Assembly (NCBI GenBank): GCA_963815455.1
Contig: CAWFGO010000005.1
Coordinates: 224,001-288,000 of the forward strand
Source of the DNA: an uncultured Verrucomicrobiae bacterium
Lineage (GTDB): Bacteria > Verrucomicrobiota > Verrucomicrobiia > Chthoniobacterales > UBA10450
Reading direction: 5' to 3'
Length of the DNA stretch: 64,000 nucleotides
The position numbers and the translations under genes are program-made. The notes under the pieces were generated by a model. It was given only the letters and a program-made list of their open reading frames with translations. It had not been told where the DNA came from and made no database searches. Positions 30,729 to 41,960 of the stretch are shown here, in pieces. Each line of letters opens with the position of its first letter. Positions within the stretch are counted from its first letter, which is position 1.

Positions 30729-33700
30729 GTGGGAAAGCATGGTTATTTAGGGGCGCGGACGCCTCGACGACGGTTTTGGCGTCGCGCGGGGATCGGCCTT
30801 GCTGTGTTCCTCGCGATTCTGGTCGTCTTTCATCAACCGATCCTCTCATTCGTAGTCCGTCAGGTGGTGCGTCATTACGCTGCCAAGGAAAATCTCCAGG
30901 TGGATTTTTGGATGGAAGGCACTGTCATCACCAATCTAAGCGTCCGTAATCTGCATGTTGTTCCGGCCGGGCCGACCGATGTCGAGTCGATCGATGCCGA
31001 TGTTGTCCGGGCCGATTACAGCCTTTTTGGATTATTGCGACACGGTCTCTCCGGGTTCTTGAAAAATGTCGAGGTGCGTTCGGCCCGGATCGCTTTGAAT
31101 CCGGCCAAGACGCCGCCCAAGCCGGCGACAAAGAAGCCGTCGAAGAAAAGTAATTTGCCCACAAGATTATTTCCGGATCGCCTGAAACTGTCCGACATCA
31201 GTCTCGTAGTGCGGGACAAACCGCACGATTTCTTTCTGCAGAATGTCGATATTGATCTCGATCAGCGCCTTCCGGGAAAATTGCACATCGGCCGAATGCA
31301 GCTGACAAACGGACAAAACTGGTCGGACATTTCCGGGGCCACGTCGTATGCGAAAAAGAATCTGGTCATCCGCGATGTCCGGTTGAACGATCAGGACCGG
31401 ATCGACTTGTTGAACGTCGATGCCTCCGATCTCGCCAATAATAAACTGGAGCTGAAAGTCGAATCGAAGATTGGCGGTGGCAGCGTGTCCGGCTCGATGC
31501 AATGGGCCAAACAAAGATCGACGGTGTCGCGCAAGATCAAATTGCACGCGGAAAATATCTCCGCCGAAGCGCTGAACAAATACGTAAATACGCCGGAGAA
31601 TTTTCTCGGCGGAAAAATTGAGAAGGTCGATGTCGATCTTGGCGGCATCTTGAAGTCACCGAGTAGTTTGAACGGCACCATTGACGCGCGACCTGCGGGA
31701 TTTTCATATCGGCGCAATTGGATTCAACAGTTGGACGTTCAATGCCTGGGTAAAGGATGGCCAGGCTGCATTGGAATCGGCCGATCTGGTCCAAAACGAA
31801 AATCACATTTATCTGCGCGGGTCGGCCCGGCTGCCCGATCGCATCGAGGATCTCGCGCAAAGCACAGCTACTCTGGAAATTGCCGCGGCGGCGGTTGATC
31901 TCGGGAAATTGACTGCTGGAATGCCCGAACCGGTCACGGGCTCGGCCCAACTCAACGGCAAGATCGACATCGACAAGGGAAAACTGCAGGCAAATTTGCT
32001 GGCCTCCGCCGGCTCAATTGGATTCAAGGATGGCACGATCAACAAGGCGCTCGCCAATATTACGGCATCGAAGACGTTGGATCAGCAGAGTCTTGAAAAA
32101 CCGTGGTTCGCCGATCTGCAAACCAAGACGAATCTCGAGGTATCAACTATCCGTTATCGTGCTTACGCCGTCGATTCACTGAAAGGGTCGCTCGAAAGCG
32201 CTGACGACATTTTGACGGCGGAGAGACTGAATCTAACGCGTGGGCAGAACGAGTTGAATGCCCGGGGCCATTGTCGTTTGCCGAAGGATCTTGGCAATTT
32301 CGCGGCTACATCGGCGAACACGGAAATCGTATTTCATGGAAAGGAAGTCGGCGATTTTTGGGCCACCGACGCTGACGACAGAATCGCGGGGCAATTGGAA
32401 GCGTCCGCGCAGCTTCAATGGAAAAACCGAAGCGTGAGCGGCGCGATGTCGGCCTCGAGCGCGAATTTGGAAATGCAGGATCTCGTTTACAAACAGTTGA
32501 GCGTCCAATGCACGATCGCGAACAACGTCGTTTATTTGAACGACTTCACCGCGCGATTAAAGGAAACCGGTTTTGTCGATGCCAATGGAGTTGTCGATCT
32601 TCATCCGCCTTTCCATTACAGCGGGAAACTTGCGGCCAACGTCCCAAATTTGTCGGTGCTTGAACCATTGCTCCGCGCTTCGGGCAACCGGAACCAACTG
32701 GCCGGTTCCGTGGCGATCAACTGGCAGGGCGACGGCGACCCGCGCACGTTCAAGAATGCCGGGAAACTAAAACTCGTTTTGGAGCACGGCCGCTACGGCG
32801 GTCTCCAGTCGATTCGGGCTAACATCGACGCGACCTATTCGCGGGAGGGACTGGATGTCCCGGTGTTTTTTGTGGCTACCGACAAAATGAATTTTGAAAC
32901 GATCGTCGAGTCGAATGAAGAGACGCTCGAAATTACCAAAGTCGCGCTTAACCAGGGCGAGGCGAAGTACGCCAGCGGATACATTTCGATACCGTTTGTC
33001 TGGAAGAACATCTGGAAGGATGCGCCGGTCGTCCCGTCCGACGGCAAGGTAATTGCGAGTTTTCAATCCGAGAACATCGACATCGAAAAGCTGTTCAAGG
33101 ATTTTGGCGCGAAGCCGCTCGCCTCGGGCGCTTTCAACATCAAACTCGACGCGGGCGGAACGATTGCGGACCTGAACGCGCGGCTGGACCTGCAAATTCG
33201 CAATTTGCGGAGCGCGCGGCTGCCGAATTTGCAACCGGCGACATTCGATCTCGGCGCGCGGGTCGAGCACGATCGGTTGAGTATCGTGGGAAAACTCCAG
33301 CAGAGCCGGATTCAACCACTGGAGCTGAATGCGGAAATGCCTTTCGATATTCCGCGGATCGTCAGGGAACGGAAATTGCCTGAGGACACTCCGGTCACGG
33401 GCAAGCTTCATTTCCCGCGCAGTCCGGTGAATGATTTTCGCCAACTTATTCCCGAAATCGAAGTATTGAACGGCGATCTGGCGTTGGATGTCGATGTGGG
33501 CGGAAAAATTGGGCAACCGATCTTGAACGGCACGGCCGACGCGACGGTAAACCTGGCCCGTTTCAGCAACGCGACGGTTCCGGCATTGCGCGATTTTAAA
33601 GCGCGGCTGGTTTTCGCCGAGGACAAGCTCACCCTGGAACGTTTTGGGGGCGAGCTGGCCGGGGGACGATTTACGGTGGACGGCGCGGTCACTTTTCCGA

Positions 33701-34617
33701 CGTTGACTTCCGCGAATCTCGATCTGCATCTGAAAGCCGACAGTGTGCTGGTGGCGCGCAACGATACCATGACCGGGCGGACCGACGCAGATATTAAAAT
33801 TGTCGGCCCGCTGACGAGCGCGAATGTGACGGGTAACCTGGCGATTACCAATAGCCGTTTTCTAAAGAACATCGATTTGGTCCCGATCGGTTTGCCGGGG
33901 AGACCGGCGCCGCAGCCGCCCGCGTCGCAACCGGATTTCTCGATTCCGGAGCCGCCGTTTCGCGATTGGAAATTCGACGTGGCCATCAAGACGAAGGATC
34001 CGGTGTTGCTTCGCGGAAACCTGGCCACCGGAAACGCTACGTGCGATTTGCAATTGACGGGAACAGGTTTGCAGCCCGGCCTGAGCGGCGTGGTGCGCTT
34101 GAAGAACGTAGATGCGACGCTGCCTTTCAGCCGGCTTTCCATCGCCAGCGGCTTCCTCTATTTCGATCCGAGCGATTCGCTTAATCCCAAGATCGACATG
34201 AGCGGTACGTCGGTGATCCAGGATTACACGGTTCGGGTCTATGTTTACGGCACGGTGCTGTCGCCCCAGGCGATCTTCACCAGCGAGCCGCCGTTGCCGC
34301 AGGAAGAAATTATTTCTTTGCTTGCCACCGGCACAACCCGGGGACAACTGACAGGCGATAACAACGTGCTGGCGGGACGCGCCGCGATGCTGCTGGTGCA
34401 ACAGGCCTACCGGAAAATCTTCAAGAAAGGCGAGCAAACCGAGAACAATAATGTTTTCGACCGGCTCGATCTCGATGTTGGACAAATCGATCCGCGAACC
34501 GGCCAGCGGCAGGCCACAGCGCGATATAGAATCAACAAACAATTCATGGTCGTTGGAGATGTGGAAGTCGGTGGCGACTTTCGGGTGAAGTTGAGGTATC
34601 TGATTCGCTTTCGCTGA
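30729..34617 (+). CDS. tamB: Translocation and assembly module TamB-like protein (frameshift near 31690)
   Basis: N-terminal TM, long beta-rich body, C-terminal FTSEPPLPQEEIISLLATG..LRYLIRFR; upstream of an Omp85 gene. Confidence 0.85.
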
Positions 34618-34618
34618 T

Positions 34619-36793
34619 ATGGGGGGCAAAATCGTTTTCTTTCTTTGCAGTTTTGCGTTCGCGAGTTCGCTCGCGGCGCAGACCGCGGTGGACGTACCGC
34701 GGCCCGAAGAAAAAGCAGAGGCCGAACACGTCGTCAAAAAAGAGCAGGAAAAGCGGGCCCAACACGCGACCACGATTGAATTCCGCGGTCAGCAAGCTTT
34801 TACCGAAAAACAACTGCGTTCGCAGTTGAAAGAGCAAATCTCGGAGCTGGATCAATATGGATTAGGGGCGGCACAAGCCGATGATCTGGCGTTTTTCCTG
34901 GAATTATTCTATCGCAAGCACGGCTACGCCAAGGTGGACGTGCATTACGCAATCGAATCTGGCGGCCGCTTGCGTCTCGAGATCAAGGAAGGTCCGCTCA
35001 CGACTTTGGGCACGGTGACATTTGAAGGCAACGTCAAGGAACCGGCGGACAAGCTCTTCGATTTCGTAGTCGGGCCGACCCGGGAACGTTATTCCAGATT
35101 GCAGCGCCGCGTTCCGTTTGTTGCGTCGGATATTCGGGAGGGCGCGGACCTGGTGCATCGTTTTTACGTTGCGGAAGGTTTTTTGGACGCCGTTGTCGAT
35201 CCTCCGCGTTATACCTACCACGATGAGCGCAACGAGGTGGACGCGACCATTCCGATCCACGAGGGCCGGCAATATTTTTTTGGGAACGTCCGGTTCACCG
35301 GTCAAAACGTTTACGATGCGGAAACGTTGCGGGGCCAGATTGTCGATCTCTTGAAGCGGCCCTACACCGATGCGCGGGTGGACGACATTCGCCGCCGGCT
35401 TCAGGCCTACTTTAAAGCGCGCGGTTATTATGACGTCAAAGTTGCGGCAACCGGCATGCCGCAAGAGGCAAAACAAGGAAGTGTGCCGGTGCAGATCACG
35501 GTTGCTCCGGGGCCGGTGTATCGATTTGGCGACGTCACTGTGAGCGGGCTCATCCGTTTGCGCTCCAGCTTCGTCACAAAGCGCTTTAGCAGCCTGAATG
35601 GCAAGACATATAGCCCGGACGTTCTGGACGAGAAATTTCGTGTGCTCATGAAAACGGGTCTGTTCAGCCTGCTGCAGATCAAGCCGGAACCGGTGGATGG
35701 CAATGTGCTGCGGCTGGATATCTCGGCTGAGGAAGCCAAGAGCAAACAGATTGGGTTTTCGCTCGGCTACGGCACCTACCCGGGAGCGATCGTCGGCGCC
35801 CAATATCGGGATGGAAATGCTTTCGGTTACGGCCGGCCGGTGACGACATCCGTCGAGTGGTCGCAACGCGGTTACAAAGGCGAGGTCGTTTACGAAGATC
35901 CGTTTTTGTTCGATACCGATTTTGCCTTGAAAGTGCGGCTGGCGGCTTTGACGTTTGATTTCGACGGTTATTCCAAGTTCGAAATTGGCGGGCAGTTCGA
36001 GGTCACTCGAAAGATTACGAAACAAGATGAAGCCGGCATAGTTTTTGCCATTCGGCACGTCGATGTAACCAGTGCCGCGATCAAGCAGAATCTGCTCGGG
36101 CAAACCTCGTATTTTGTAAACACACTCGGGTTTACCAATACTCTTGATCTGCGGGACAGTCCGCTGGTTACGCCACGCGGGCTGCTCATTAATAATACGC
36201 TCGATCTGGCCCTGGATGCGTTTGGCAGCGAGATCGAGTTCGTTCGCAGCACCGCGCGCGTTGGTTATTACATTCCATTCGCACCGAAGTCCCTTGGACC
36301 GGAAGTGAACCCTACCCAGGCTGGCGGCTCTCCCTTGCAACGCTGGGTCCGGCAATCGTCTCTCGCATTTGGCGCGCGAGCCGGCGTGATCCATTCGCTA
36401 ACCACCAGCGGTTCCGGCGAAGCGACCGAGATCCCGATCGACGAACGGTTCTTTAACGGCGGCGCCAGCTCCGTGCGAAGTTTCGGTGAGCGCGATCTCG
36501 GCCCTCACGATCGCAAAGGCAATCCCATCGGCGGAGAATTTTTTACCGTTTTCAACGTCGAATACACTTTCCCGATCTTTGGGGAATTGCAGGGGGCGGC
36601 GTTCGGCGACGCGGGAAATCTTCTCCCAAGCTCGGAACACCCGAGCATCGACGACCTTCGCTACGGGGTGGGGGTCGGTTTGCGCTACAAGTTACCCATC
36701 GGTCCGATCCGGCTCGATTACGGATTTAATCCCGATCGCCGGCCGAACGAAGATTTCGGCGCCTTTCATTTCAGCTTTGGCTTTGCTTTCTAA
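34619..36793 (+). CDS. Omp85 (TamA/BamA) family outer-membrane protein
   Basis: POTRA repeats, ERFFNGGASSVRSF, PIGPIRLDYG, terminal FGFAF. Confidence 0.92.
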   Translation: MGGKIVFFLCSFAFASSLAAQTAVDVPRPEEKAEAEHVVKKEQEKRAQHATTIEFRGQQAFTEKQLRSQLKEQISELDQYGLGAAQADDLAFFLELFYRKHGYAKVDVHYAIESGGRLRLEIKEGPLTTLGTVTFEGNVKEPADKLFDFVVGPTRERYSRLQRRVPFVASDIREGADLVHRFYVAEGFLDAVVDPPRYTYHDERNEVDATIPIHEGRQYFFGNVRFTGQNVYDAETLRGQIVDLLKRPYTDARVDDIRRRLQAYFKARGYYDVKVAATGMPQEAKQGSVPVQITVAPGPVYRFGDVTVSGLIRLRSSFVTKRFSSLNGKTYSPDVLDEKFRVLMKTGLFSLLQIKPEPVDGNVLRLDISAEEAKSKQIGFSLGYGTYPGAIVGAQYRDGNAFGYGRPVTTSVEWSQRGYKGEVVYEDPFLFDTDFALKVRLAALTFDFDGYSKFEIGGQFEVTRKITKQDEAGIVFAIRHVDVTSAAIKQNLLGQTSYFVNTLGFTNTLDLRDSPLVTPRGLLINNTLDLALDAFGSEIEFVRSTARVGYYIPFAPKSLGPEVNPTQAGGSPLQRWVRQSSLAFGARAGVIHSLTTSGSGEATEIPIDERFFNGGASSVRSFGERDLGPHDRKGNPIGGEFFTVFNVEYTFPIFGELQGAAFGDAGNLLPSSEHPSIDDLRYGVGVGLRYKLPIGPIRLDYGFNPDRRPNEDFGAFHFSFGFAF

Positions 36794-36795
36794 TA

Positions 36796-36877
36796 TCAGG
36801 TAGGGATGCACCTCCGGGGCGTCCGTCGAATTGTTTCGAGAAAAAGTCGGACGGCTCGGAGAGCCATCCCTACCTGA
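36796..36877. repeat. GGTAGGG palindromic element
   Basis: TCAGGTAGGGATG..CGTCCG ... CGGACGGCTCGGAGAGCCATCCCTACCTGA. Confidence 0.8.
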
Positions 36878-36940
36878 GAGATGTGACGATTGAGCCGTTG
36901 CACCTGGCTGCTACTTCGCGGTAACGTCCAGCCTTTACGA

Positions 36941-38389
36941 ATGAAAGATGGACAATTGCTCGGTGACACTCCGCCGGAAGAATTCCGGAAGCAGTTGCAT
37001 GAACTGGCCGATTGGATCGCCGATTACCGGGAGAAGATAGAAACATTGCGGGTCGCGCCGAATGAGAAGCCGGGCGCGATTGTGGCCAAACTTCCGGAGC
37101 GAGCTCCCGAAGAAGGCGAATCGTTCGAGGAAATCATGGCCGATGTCGATCGTCTCGTCGTTCCCGGAATGGTGCATTGGGGGCATCCGATGTTTCTGGG
37201 TTATTTCGGTTGGACAACAACCGGGCCCGGAATTCTGGGCGAGATCCTGAGTGCGCCCTTGAACGTAAACGCGATGACCTGGCGCACATCGCCCGTCGCG
37301 ACCGAACTCGAAACGGTTGTGATCGATTGGATTCGCCAATGGGTCGGGCTGCCGAACGAATTCGATGGCGTCGTCTATGACACGGCTTCAGTTGGAATCA
37401 TGCACGCCTTGGCCGCCGCACGCGAACAGGCGGCGCCGTCGATCCGTGAGCTGGGTCTGGCTGGTCGCAACGACCTCCCCTGTTTTCGCATTTTCACTTC
37501 CGATCAAGCGCACAATGCGGCCGAAAAGGCAGCGATCGCTCTCGGTATCGGCGAGAAAAATGTACGGCGCGTTCCCAGCGACAGTGAATTTCGAATGCAG
37601 ATGAAGGCGCTGCGCGAGATGATCGCGGAAGATCGACGATCAGGTTTCAAGCCGATGGCGATCGTCGCCACGGCCGGGACAACTTCGACCGCGAGCGTCG
37701 ATCCGATCGCTGAATTGGCGCGCCTTTGCCGTGACGAAAAAATGTGGCTGCACATTGATGGAGCCTACGGTGGCGGCTTTGCCATTCTGCCGGAATTCAA
37801 ATGGATCACTGAAGGTTGGAGCGAGGCGGATTCGGTCATCATCAATCCGCACAAGTCGCTCTTCGTCCCGCTCGACTTCAGCGTCCTCTACGTGCGCGGT
37901 CTTGAACGCCTGCGCCGCGTGTTCACACTCACGCCTCCGGATGTGTTACGGGCCGATACGGTGGATACGGTCAAGAACTACATGGATTACGGCATCCAAC
38001 TCGGCCGGCGATTTCGCGCGCTCAAGGCCTGGGTGATATTTCGCAGCTTTGGCCGTGAAGGAATCGCCTCGCGCCTGCGCGAATCCGTGCGACTGGCGAA
38101 TCTGTTTTCCGATTGGGTGAGAATCGACAGCCGGTTCGAGCTTTCCGCGCCGATAAACATGGGCGTGGTCTGTTTTCGGTTTGTCGTTGAGGGGACAGAC
38201 GAAAATAGGATCGACAAGTTGAACAGCGAGATCGTGGAGCGAATTAACGCCTCAGGTCGCGCTTATCTTACCCAAACGAAATTGCTCGGACGCACGGTCA
38301 TGCGGATCGGTCTGGGCAACGTGCTCACGACCGAGGAACATCTCGGTAAAGCCTGGGAGATGATCCGGGCAACTGCGGAAACTCTGTAG
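36941..38389 (+). CDS. PLP-dependent aromatic-L-amino-acid decarboxylase family protein
   Basis: HWGHP.F, SPVATELE, WLHIDGAYGG, NPHK, LGRRFRALK. Confidence 0.92.
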   Translation: MKDGQLLGDTPPEEFRKQLHELADWIADYREKIETLRVAPNEKPGAIVAKLPERAPEEGESFEEIMADVDRLVVPGMVHWGHPMFLGYFGWTTTGPGILGEILSAPLNVNAMTWRTSPVATELETVVIDWIRQWVGLPNEFDGVVYDTASVGIMHALAAAREQAAPSIRELGLAGRNDLPCFRIFTSDQAHNAAEKAAIALGIGEKNVRRVPSDSEFRMQMKALREMIAEDRRSGFKPMAIVATAGTTSTASVDPIAELARLCRDEKMWLHIDGAYGGGFAILPEFKWITEGWSEADSVIINPHKSLFVPLDFSVLYVRGLERLRRVFTLTPPDVLRADTVDTVKNYMDYGIQLGRRFRALKAWVIFRSFGREGIASRLRESVRLANLFSDWVRIDSRFELSAPINMGVVCFRFVVEGTDENRIDKLNSEIVERINASGRAYLTQTKLLGRTVMRIGLGNVLTTEEHLGKAWEMIRATAETL

Positions 38390-38410
38390 ATGAAGCGATG
38401 ATTCGGTTGG

Positions 38411-39493
38411 TTACTGACGAGGCCATCTCCTGATAACGCCCGACTTGGTGGTGGCGAATGGATTGTGGGCGACCACGACGTGCGAGTTAGTGCTCGCGTA
38501 GGCGAAGAAATTTCCATCGGGTGAATAAACGATGCTGGTGACGTAAGAGGAAGTCGGCCCATTTACATTGTAAGACTGGAGCAGTGTGCCGCCCAAGGAC
38601 TGCCAGAACCTAAGCAGGCCGTTACTTTGAAACCGGTCTTCCGACCCGGCGGCGATGACTTGCTGATCGGGCGAGAAGGCGATCGAGACCGGCTCATTGT
38701 TCTGGGCATCGATGGTTTGAAGTAAAGCGCCATCGGCGATCCGCCAGGTCTTGACCGCGCAATCGGCGCATTGTCCCTGCTGGTCGATCAAGTTTGTGCC
38801 GTTGGCAATGAACTGGTTGTCGGACGAGATCGACAGAGTTCGGGTTGATGCCGCGCCCGCCAGCTCCCGGACCAATTCGCCGTCAGCGACACGATAGAGG
38901 ACGACACCACCCTGTCCGCCAACCGCCAGCAGTTCACCATCGAGGGTAAAGGCGACCGCGAAAACGCGCGGGCGATACCCGACACCGCCGTCCAATGTGC
39001 GAATCAAGGTCATGTCGGGCAAATGCCAGATTTTGGCCGTGCCATCGCGGCCGCCAGTTGCGAGGAGTTGTCCATCTGGCGAAAACGCGACTGAAGTAGT
39101 CCCGTTGGAGTGGGCCGAAATACGACCGACCAGGAGCGCGCCATCAGCGACCCGAAACAGATCGAGATTCTGATTGTAAGCCTGGATACCGATCGCGGCG
39201 TATTGCCCATCGGGCGACAAGGCGACGGAGTTGGGTCCGCTTCCGTTGTATGGCAGCACAAAATTGCGGAGGATCGTGCCATCTGCCGCGGCGAACAATC
39301 GGGTGCCGGCGAGGAGCAATTGCCCATCGGCGGAATACGCCAGGGCGCTGCCACCGCTATCGGCTTGCCAAACAATATCGAGTTGGCTTTGCCCGCGGCT
39401 CGTCTGTGAGAAAGTCAGGCAGAGCAGGACGAATACGAGATGAAACGGTGCGATGCGCCGTTTGTTGTTTCCAGAGCATGAGAATCGAAACAT
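38411..39493 (-). CDS. Exported WD40-repeat protein
   Basis: VAFSPDGQLLATGGRDGTAKIW-type repeats; AGGAGG upstream of the ATG at 39493. Confidence 0.88.
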   Translation of the reverse strand: MFRFSCSGNNKRRIAPFHLVFVLLCLTFSQTSRGQSQLDIVWQADSGGSALAYSADGQLLLAGTRLFAAADGTILRNFVLPYNGSGPNSVALSPDGQYAAIGIQAYNQNLDLFRVADGALLVGRISAHSNGTTSVAFSPDGQLLATGGRDGTAKIWHLPDMTLIRTLDGGVGYRPRVFAVAFTLDGELLAVGGQGGVVLYRVADGELVRELAGAASTRTLSISSDNQFIANGTNLIDQQGQCADCAVKTWRIADGALLQTIDAQNNEPVSIAFSPDQQVIAAGSEDRFQSNGLLRFWQSLGGTLLQSYNVNGPTSSYVTSIVYSPDGNFFAYASTNSHVVVAHNPFATTKSGVIRRWPRQ

Positions 39494-39668
39494 AACGAAA
39501 CCTCCTGATTGTTTAGGATTGAGATCTATCGTCTTCAAAGTATCGACTTTTCGGCACCGTTTGGCTGGGTCGAAAAAGTAACGTGCCTGTTACTTTCGCG
39601 GGTTGACTGTGCCACCGGCATTCGACGTATTTGCGGCTGAGGACGGCTGCCTCTAGAGTTGCGGTCCT

Positions 39669-41225
39669 ATGATGAGGTTTCTTCGCAAGCATCGCGGGTG
39701 GTTGATGTCCGTCATCGCCATCCTGGTAATTCCGTTCTGTTTGTATTTCGTCAAAACGGACTACGGCGCAATGCGCAAGGATGACTTTGCTCACATCTAC
39801 GATCGTAACGTGTCGCTCGTCGAGGCAAAGAAATATGCCCGGCTGCTGGACCTGGCCCGCGCGCTTGGCCTGTCGGATTTGCAACAGTCATTGACCCTTG
39901 GCGCAAAGGATCAGAACGAAGTATACGCGGATTTCATTTTGAACCTGTTGATCGTGCGGCACGAAGCCGAGCAACTTGGGATCCGGCCGACTGATGCCGA
40001 AGTGATTGATGTCATCCATAACTTGCCGGCGTTTCACGGTCCATCGGGATTCGACATGAAGAAATATGACGATTTTGTGCAAAATGCGCTTTCGCCAAAC
40101 GGCTTGAGCGAGGCGCAAGTCGAAGATGTTGTTCGAGACGATCTTACCTTGAAGCGGCTCAGGCAATTGCTGGCCACCGGCGTTTCGGTTCCGGAATCGG
40201 TAAGCAAAGCGAATTTCGACGAGGCCTACGGCAAGTTGAACGTGAGTGTGATTCGACTGCGCGGGGCCGATGTGGCCAAGGAGATCAAGATCTCCGATAA
40301 CGATATCCAAAAATATTTCGATGGGCACAAGGCCGAATATAAGACCGAAGAAAAGCGCAAGGCCGACTTCGTCCAACTGACACTGACCGACGAGCAGAAG
40401 AAATTAGCCGGCAAGGAACGGATCGATGCGTTGCAAAAACTGGCCGATCGGGCAAACGATTTTTCGCAGGCGTTGTTGGAAAAGGGGACGGATTTCAAGC
40501 AAGCGGCCGCGAAGTTTCAGGTTCCCATTCGCTCCACGGGCGAGTTCACCGCGGCCGCACCCGATCCGCAACTAAAGGACGCGCCTCAGGTGGCCGGCAT
40601 CACCTTTAAATTGACGCAGCAGGACCCGAACAGCGATCCGGTCCAGGTGGCGGACGGATTTTATATTGTGCATCTTGCCGGGATCGTTGAATCGCGCCCG
40701 CTCACGCTGGAGGAAGCGAAACCGAAAGTGGTTGAATCGCTGAATCGAGCCCGCAGCAGGGAATTGCTTTCGACCAAGGGGGCCGAGATTGCCCACCAAT
40801 TGCGCGATGCACTTGCCTCGGGCCAGTCTCTGGATGCGGCGATCAAGAAAGCAGGCGTAAAGGCCGAAAAAATTCCTCCTTTCACACTGATGGAAGAACC
40901 GAAGACGAAACCGGATGAGAAAGATGCCAAGAACGAGCCGCCGGATTTTATCGCGATCAAAAACGCCGCGGCGCGGCTGAGTCCGGGCGAGGTGAGCGAA
41001 TTCATGCCCTGGGAAGATGGCGGCCTGATTGCGGTGTTGGAAAAGCGCGAGCCGCCGGATTCGGCGACCTATGCGCAGAGTAAGGCCGCATTTGACGAGC
41101 GTTACCTCAGTAACAAGCGAGACGTAGTCTTCTACGAATGGATGCGCGACCGGCAACGCGACGCCGGGTTGATCTCGGCCCAGACCGAGCCCGCGGGCCC
41201 GCCGCCTCCGGCTGGAAACTCGTAG
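39669..41225 (+). CDS. SurA/PpiD-like periplasmic chaperone
   Basis: MRFLRKH N-terminal anchor, AEQLGIRPTDAEV, PLTLEEAKPKV. Confidence 0.8.
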   Translation: MMRFLRKHRGWLMSVIAILVIPFCLYFVKTDYGAMRKDDFAHIYDRNVSLVEAKKYARLLDLARALGLSDLQQSLTLGAKDQNEVYADFILNLLIVRHEAEQLGIRPTDAEVIDVIHNLPAFHGPSGFDMKKYDDFVQNALSPNGLSEAQVEDVVRDDLTLKRLRQLLATGVSVPESVSKANFDEAYGKLNVSVIRLRGADVAKEIKISDNDIQKYFDGHKAEYKTEEKRKADFVQLTLTDEQKKLAGKERIDALQKLADRANDFSQALLEKGTDFKQAAAKFQVPIRSTGEFTAAAPDPQLKDAPQVAGITFKLTQQDPNSDPVQVADGFYIVHLAGIVESRPLTLEEAKPKVVESLNRARSRELLSTKGAEIAHQLRDALASGQSLDAAIKKAGVKAEKIPPFTLMEEPKTKPDEKDAKNEPPDFIAIKNAAARLSPGEVSEFMPWEDGGLIAVLEKREPPDSATYAQSKAAFDERYLSNKRDVVFYEWMRDRQRDAGLISAQTEPAGPPPPAGNS

Positions 41226-41557
41226 TGCAAGAGTGCGACGAGATTTTTGACGACGCCAACGGCGATCTGGCCGTCGGGGATTTGGAAAGCGCGGTTGGAA
41301 AATATCGGCGTTGCATCGAGATCGATCCCGAGTTCTTCGACGGCTGGCATGCATTGGGGATGGCCTTGATGAAACTCGGCCGTTTCCCGGAGGCGATTGA
41401 AGCGGGAAAAAAAGCCACAGAACTGCGGCCTAACGACCAAATCGGCTGGACGAGCTTATCGTTATTCTACAATCGCAACGGTCAAATCCAGGAAGCCGAA
41501 GCCGCCGGGACGAAAGCGAAGATTCTTTCGTGGGGCGGCAAAGTGGCGAAAGAGTAA
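41225..41557 (+). CDS. Small TPR protein
   Basis: DPEFFDGWHALGMALMKLGRFPEAIEA. Confidence 0.85.
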   Translation: MQECDEIFDDANGDLAVGDLESAVGKYRRCIEIDPEFFDGWHALGMALMKLGRFPEAIEAGKKATELRPNDQIGWTSLSLFYNRNGQIQEAEAAGTKAKILSWGGKVAKE

Positions 41558-41571
41558 GCGCTCGCAATCCA

Positions 41572-41701
41572 GTCATCCCGAGCGAAGCGAGGGACCCCGC
41601 AGTCGTTCGAAAACGCACCGGATCATACTGGGGATCGAGCGCAGTGGTACTTCCAAACGTTGCGCCACGTGGGTGAGATCCTTCGCTACGCTCAGGATGA
41701 C
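41572..41701. repeat. GTCATCC palindromic element
   Basis: GTCATCCCGAGCGAAGCGAGGGACC...GAGATCCTTCGCTACGCTCAGGATGAC; related arm at 60247-60308. Confidence 0.85.
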
Positions 41702-41728
41702 AAGATTAGCCAGTGGCAGCCACTAACT

Positions 41729-41847
41729 CGGTAGGGCGACGCTCCGCGGAGCCGACAAATTATTCGCCACGCATGATTCGTTCGTCGGCTCCCGCCACGG
41801 TCGCCGCGGCGACCAGGACGGGTAAACTGTAGAGTCTCGCCCTACCG
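41729..41847. repeat. GGTAGGGCG palindrome with nested insert
   Basis: Same arms as 17955-18022, interrupted by CCGCCACGGTCGCCGCGGCGACCAGGACGGG. Confidence 0.75.
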
Positions 41848-41854
41848 GGTTAGG

Positions 41855-41888
41855 AAAAACCGCCGCTCGCGTCTCCTGCGAGCGGCGG
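41855..41888 (-). terminator. Intrinsic terminator of the M13 peptidase gene
   Basis: AAAAA-CCGCCGCTCGC..GCGAGCGGCGG. Confidence 0.75.
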
Positions 41889-41960
41889 CTGAAATATTGT
41901 AGCCACGGTGCTCTGCCACCGCGCCAGTTGGACGCCTCGGCAGAGCGAGGCGGCTACATC

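Noticed and set aside
34904..36394. Long antisense ORFs (e.g. 496 aa here, 9035-10255, 24594-25652, 32767-33729)
   Set aside because: They are shadows of well-supported genes in GC-rich DNA, with no recognisable motifs
41572..41958. Clustered palindromes as a CRISPR array
   Set aside because: No identical direct repeats with regular unique spacers, and no cas genes in the window
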